Shown: positions 60,578 through 64,000 of the stretch, piece after piece
Layout of the letters: each line of letters starts with the position of its first letter
Numbering within the stretch: position 1 is the stretch's first letter
NCBI GenBank assembly: GCA_963728565.1
Contig: CAVSLC010000025.1
Coordinates: forward strand, 125,492-189,491
Length of the DNA: 64,000 bases
Reading direction: 5' to 3'
From: an uncultured delta proteobacterium
Lineage (GTDB): Bacteria > Desulfobacterota > Binatia > UBA9968
Position numbers and translations under genes: made by a program
The notes under the pieces: generated by a model
Told to the model about the DNA's origin: nothing
The model's database searches: none
The model's input: the letters and a program-made list of their open reading frames with translations, nothing else

Positions 60578-60603
60578 TTAGTTCCGCTTCAGGAGGACCT
60601 GCG

Positions 60604-61659
60604 ATGAATCGTTTCAAGAGTTCGGTTTTGACATTCTTGGCTGGCGCCTTGCTGGCCGGTTTGTTATCGGCTGCTCCAGCATTGGCGCAGAGCGATTTTT
60701 ATAAAGGCAAAACCATCACCGTTTACATCGGCACCACCGCGGGAGCGCTTTACGACCAGTGGGGACGCATTCTCGCAACCCATATGGTCAAGCACATTCC
60801 CGGCAACCCGAACGTGATCGTGCAGAATATGCCTGGCGCCGGCCATATGATCGCGGCGAACTATGTTTATAAGACAACCAAGCCGGATGGCTTGAGCTTG
60901 ATCGGTTCGATTGTGCCGACGTTGTATTTCGACCAACTGGTCGGGCGCAAGGAAGCGCAATACGATTGGGCCAAATTTGTTTGGATCGGTTCCCCGGTGC
61001 AGGGAGAGTTGCAGATGTATATGCGCGCCGACACTCCCTACAAAACGATGGATGACGTGCGCAACGCCAAGGAACCGCCACGCTGCGGAGCGCAGGGAAC
61101 ATCGGACACGGCCTACTACGTGCCGAAGCTGTTTGAGGAAGTGATCGGCACGAAGTTCAACCTGGTGCAGGGTTACCCCGGCGGGCCGGAAATCGACCTG
61201 GCGGTGGAGAGAGGCGAAATCCAGTGCCGCGCTTTTACCATCGAGGCGTTTTTCTCGCGCGAGCCCTATCATACCTGGCGCAAGAAGGGGTTTGTTCGCA
61301 ACATTATCCAAACCGGCAAGAAGCGCGATAGCAAGCTGCCCGATACCGAAACCATCTGGGAGCTCATGGACAAGTATAAAACGCCGGAAGCAGGCCGGCG
61401 TCTCGCCACTGTGATGTTGGCCTCCGGCGCCCTGGGCCGGCCGATGCTGGCCACGCCCGGCGTTCCGCCGGACCGCGTCAAAATTTTGCGCGAGGCTTTC
61501 AACAAGACCATGGAGGATAAGGAATTTCTAGCCGAGTTGGAAAAGCGAAAGTTCGAGCTCGATCCATCACCGGGCGAAGAGCTGGAAAAGATCGTCAAAG
61601 ACGCGATGAATCAGCCGCCTGAAATCGTCGCGCGAATCAAAAAGTTACTGGGCCAGTAG
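60604..61659 (+). CDS. tripartite tricarboxylate transporter substrate-binding protein (TctC/Bug family)
   Basis: DFYKGKTI, HIPGNP.VIVQNMPGAG, GYPGG.EIDLAVERGE, PGVPPDRV; AGGAGG RBS. Confidence 0.9.
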   Translation: MNRFKSSVLTFLAGALLAGLLSAAPALAQSDFYKGKTITVYIGTTAGALYDQWGRILATHMVKHIPGNPNVIVQNMPGAGHMIAANYVYKTTKPDGLSLIGSIVPTLYFDQLVGRKEAQYDWAKFVWIGSPVQGELQMYMRADTPYKTMDDVRNAKEPPRCGAQGTSDTAYYVPKLFEEVIGTKFNLVQGYPGGPEIDLAVERGEIQCRAFTIEAFFSREPYHTWRKKGFVRNIIQTGKKRDSKLPDTETIWELMDKYKTPEAGRRLATVMLASGALGRPMLATPGVPPDRVKILREAFNKTMEDKEFLAELEKRKFELDPSPGEELEKIVKDAMNQPPEIVARIKKLLGQ

Positions 61660-61675
61660 ACAAACGATAGATTCG

Positions 61676-61715
61676 AAAAAAGCCGCCTTGCGAAAAATGC
61701 AAGGCGGCTTTTTTT
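61676..61715. terminator. bidirectional intrinsic terminator
   Basis: AAAAAAGCCGCCTTGC-gaaaaat-GCAAGGCGGCTTTTTTT between convergent genes. Confidence 0.9.
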
Positions 61716-61730
61716 GCGTTCGCGCCAGGG

Positions 61731-62729
61731 TCAGCGGTAGAGCCCGTCGATGTATCCGGATTTATCCAGCTCTTCGAGAAAGCTCGTGTCAACGAATTCT
61801 TTTGCATTTGCCGTCCTGGCGGCCGGCAGCCGATCGCTGACATCTTTGAAGATGGTCTTGAACGATTCCAGGTTGGGATAGGGTTTGGGTTTAACGATTT
61901 CTAGCAAGGTCTGATAGGCCTCTTCCAGCTGCTTCTCGTCTTTGGTCTTGCGGTATTTGACAAATGCCCGCTTGGCCAGTTCCGGGTTGGTTTTCACGAT
62001 ATGAATTGTGTCCACATAGCTTTTCACCATGCGTCTGACGATGTCGCGATTCTTCGCAATGTAACGCTGCGATGCCACCAATCCGGTGCCTTGATAATAA
62101 ATGTTCAGCTCAGCCATGTTGAGCAGGACCCGCATGCCGGATTGAACTGCGGCGAGATGATCGGGGGGTGAAAAGCTCGATGCGTCCGCTGAGTTTCCCA
62201 CCATAGCGATGATCCGCGCCGGTGTGTCACCGATCTGCAAAAAGGTAATGTCTTTATCCGTCAAGCCGAAGCGCGGCAACATATTGAGCACGCGCATATG
62301 CGAAGCGGCGCCAAAACGGGAAACCGCGATGCGTTTGCCTTTGAGCTCTTCCGGCGTCTTGATGGTGGGCCGGACCACCAAGCGATCGTCAAGCAACTCT
62401 TGGATGCTGACCAGCATTACGACATCGCTTCCTTGCAGCCGGGCCGGTGACATGAGCGCGCCGGTCATCTGCCCGAAATTGAGCTCGCCGGATATCAGCG
62501 ATCCCATCGAGATGTTTCCCGGCATATAAATAATCTCAAGGTCCAGATTGTTTTTCTTAAACACTCCGGCGACATCACCGATCCAGAGAACACCGTGCTG
62601 TGGGCCTGGCGAAGTATAGGCGATGCGTATCCTGTCTGCGCCGAAAATCGATTGGCTGGCGAAAAATGAGCAGAGAAACGCCACCAGCGCAAGCAAGAGT
62701 GTGTCGATTTTGGCCAATGTAAAAATCAT
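61731..62729 (-). CDS. ABC substrate-binding protein (SsuA/NMT1-like)
   Basis: Signal peptide; GVFKKNNLD, ELKGKRIAVSRFGA, FVDTSFLEELDKSGYI; GGGAGG RBS. Confidence 0.9.
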   Translation of the reverse strand: MIFTLAKIDTLLLALVAFLCSFFASQSIFGADRIRIAYTSPGPQHGVLWIGDVAGVFKKNNLDLEIIYMPGNISMGSLISGELNFGQMTGALMSPARLQGSDVVMLVSIQELLDDRLVVRPTIKTPEELKGKRIAVSRFGAASHMRVLNMLPRFGLTDKDITFLQIGDTPARIIAMVGNSADASSFSPPDHLAAVQSGMRVLLNMAELNIYYQGTGLVASQRYIAKNRDIVRRMVKSYVDTIHIVKTNPELAKRAFVKYRKTKDEKQLEEAYQTLLEIVKPKPYPNLESFKTIFKDVSDRLPAARTANAKEFVDTSFLEELDKSGYIDGLYR

Positions 62730-62837
62730 CTCGCCTCCCGATCTCGCCGCGCCGATGCTCGAAGAATTATCGCGAGGGAGTGGCACGGTCAAGGAGTTAT
62801 TCTGGTCACAGCCGGTTGATTCGGTAGTGCTTCAGTT

Positions 62838-63812
62838 TTACTTCACTTTATACCCAAGCTCCTTTGCCACTTCCTTGGCCAGACTATCGTCAGCAACCTC
62901 TTCGAAGGATACGTTTCGGTCGGCAAAGCGTGCCTGTGATTTCACGGACCGAACCAGGTTGTTCATGCCTTCGCGCGCAGGCACCCCATCGATGCTCAGG
63001 CTGGTGAGATAAACATCGTAAGTCGAGGAGGCGATGTCGCGATCCATCTTCAGTGCACGAACCATGAGCTCGAGGGTTTTATCTTTTGATTTTCGGATTG
63101 CGTCCTTGGCCGTTTGCAGTGCGCGAATCACTTTTCTGACTTCATCCGGTTTGCTCGTAATGGTTTTGATCAAGGTCGTCAAACCGCCGCCTGGCATCTC
63201 TACTAACGAGCCGATATCCAGCACCCGATGAAACCCCTTTCGCTCAGCAAAAAACACCGTTGGTGGATTGAGCGAGGCAGCGTCGACAAATCCCGACTCC
63301 AAAGACCGGAGCAGCTCGGGCGTGGGCGTGGTCAGAATGATGAAATCCTTGGGGTTGAATCCCGCCTTTTCGAGAGCGACGACCAACGCAACGTGATTGG
63401 TCCCGCCTATGCCGCCGGTGATGCCGATTTTTTTTCCTTTTAGATCTTGAAGAGACTTGTTTTGCGGCGAAGTCGTTACGAAATAGGATATCCGATTGGA
63501 AGAAAACCACACCGCTCGCAGCGGCAGTCCCGCCAAAGTAGCTGCCACGGAACCGGGCCCGACGCCGGCGACATAGTCGATTTCGCTGGCCGCAATCGCC
63601 GGGTTCGAAATCGCGGGGTTCATCATGATGATCTCGGCCTGCAATCCCTGTTCACGAAAAAAGTTCCATTCGCGCGCGGCGACCAGCGGCAAAGCGGTTA
63701 CGCTCAGTGCGGAGTTGGAAATGCGTATTTTCGTCGGCGGTTCTTGGGCGAACGCGGTCCGATGGAAATCCACCGGTAATAAGATTCCGCTGAAGAAGAA
63801 AACTATGATCAA
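62838..63812 (-). CDS. ABC substrate-binding protein (SsuA/NMT1-like); start uncertain
   Basis: Signal-like IIVFFFSGILL..AFAQ; FFREQGL, DLKGKKIGI, DDSLAKEVAKEL. Confidence 0.85.
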   Translation of the reverse strand: MIIVFFFSGILLPVDFHRTAFAQEPPTKIRISNSALSVTALPLVAAREWNFFREQGLQAEIIMMNPAISNPAIAASEIDYVAGVGPGSVAATLAGLPLRAVWFSSNRISYFVTTSPQNKSLQDLKGKKIGITGGIGGTNHVALVVALEKAGFNPKDFIILTTPTPELLRSLESGFVDAASLNPPTVFFAERKGFHRVLDIGSLVEMPGGGLTTLIKTITSKPDEVRKVIRALQTAKDAIRKSKDKTLELMVRALKMDRDIASSTYDVYLTSLSIDGVPAREGMNNLVRSVKSQARFADRNVSFEEVADDSLAKEVAKELGYKVK

Positions 63813-63874
63813 GTTAGTGCTAACCCGACAATAGTTGAGCACCGTCAACAGTGAGCGAGGACGGCGAGACCGGA

Positions 63875-63983
63875 AACCGTGGGCACCCGAGCGCGCAGTT
63901 GGCTTCAAGGCCCGGACGTACGAAACATCACCCTTACGGGAACGTGGGGTGGCCTTCAAGGCAGTATCCGATTGCCCACGGCT
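63875..63983 (-). other. candidate structured RNA or palindromic element upstream of the SBP gene
   Basis: Closing stem CCGTGGGCA/TGCCCACGG; two GCCTTGAAG motifs and a CCC-GTAA-GGG hairpin on the minus strand. Confidence 0.35.
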
Positions 63984-64000
63984 GTAGGGCTCGGCGGCCT

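Noticed and set aside
63875-63983. 6S RNA, tRNA or hammerhead ribozyme
   Set aside because: Too short for 6S and lacking its central bubble; no CCA end or anticodon arm; no CUGANGA core.
1-64000. CRISPR array or cas genes
   Set aside because: No regularly spaced direct repeats with unique spacers and no Cas motifs were seen; the recurring repeats are dispersed TIR elements.

Overview
This is a GC-rich bacterial chromosomal window. Its gene content resembles Candidatus Binatia/Binatota-type soil bacteria (many Amidohydro_2 enzymes, orphan SsuA/NMT1-type binding proteins, short orphan ORFs); that assignment is inference only. From left to right: (1) a truncated GHKL ATPase missing from the ORF track, divergent from a DUF2130 coiled-coil gene, then UspA and two exported TPR proteins; (2) a ~16-kb catabolic region with five amidohydrolases, a cupin, MOSC, an LLM oxidoreductase, a 2-hydroxyacid dehydrogenase, a TPP enzyme, a PqqC/CADD-like diiron protein and three paralogous binding proteins; (3) MFS/MscS/TatD genes and one complete TauABC/SsuABC-type ABC transporter; (4) stress and housekeeping genes (surE, Hsp20, M23, DEAD-box helicase, MgtC, LOG); (5) an alkylation-repair operon headed by an ECF sigma factor coupled to an Ogt protein with a C-terminal Ada Zn-finger; (6) a small frameshifted metallothionein missed by the track, pgm, tRNA-Sec and orphan small ORFs; (7) a metacaspase gene followed by a papain-like protease/alpha-beta hydrolase fusion; (8) three more binding proteins. 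A ~125-150 bp element with terminal inverted repeats occurs four times, plus fragments, and one copy has a 9-bp flanking direct repeat. Several genes carry single-base frameshifts that look like long-read consensus errors. The best candidates for undescribed systems are the ECF/Ogt-Ada methylation-sensing module and the caspase + C1-peptidase/lipase pair. No CRISPR array, transposase, integrase or rRNA was seen.
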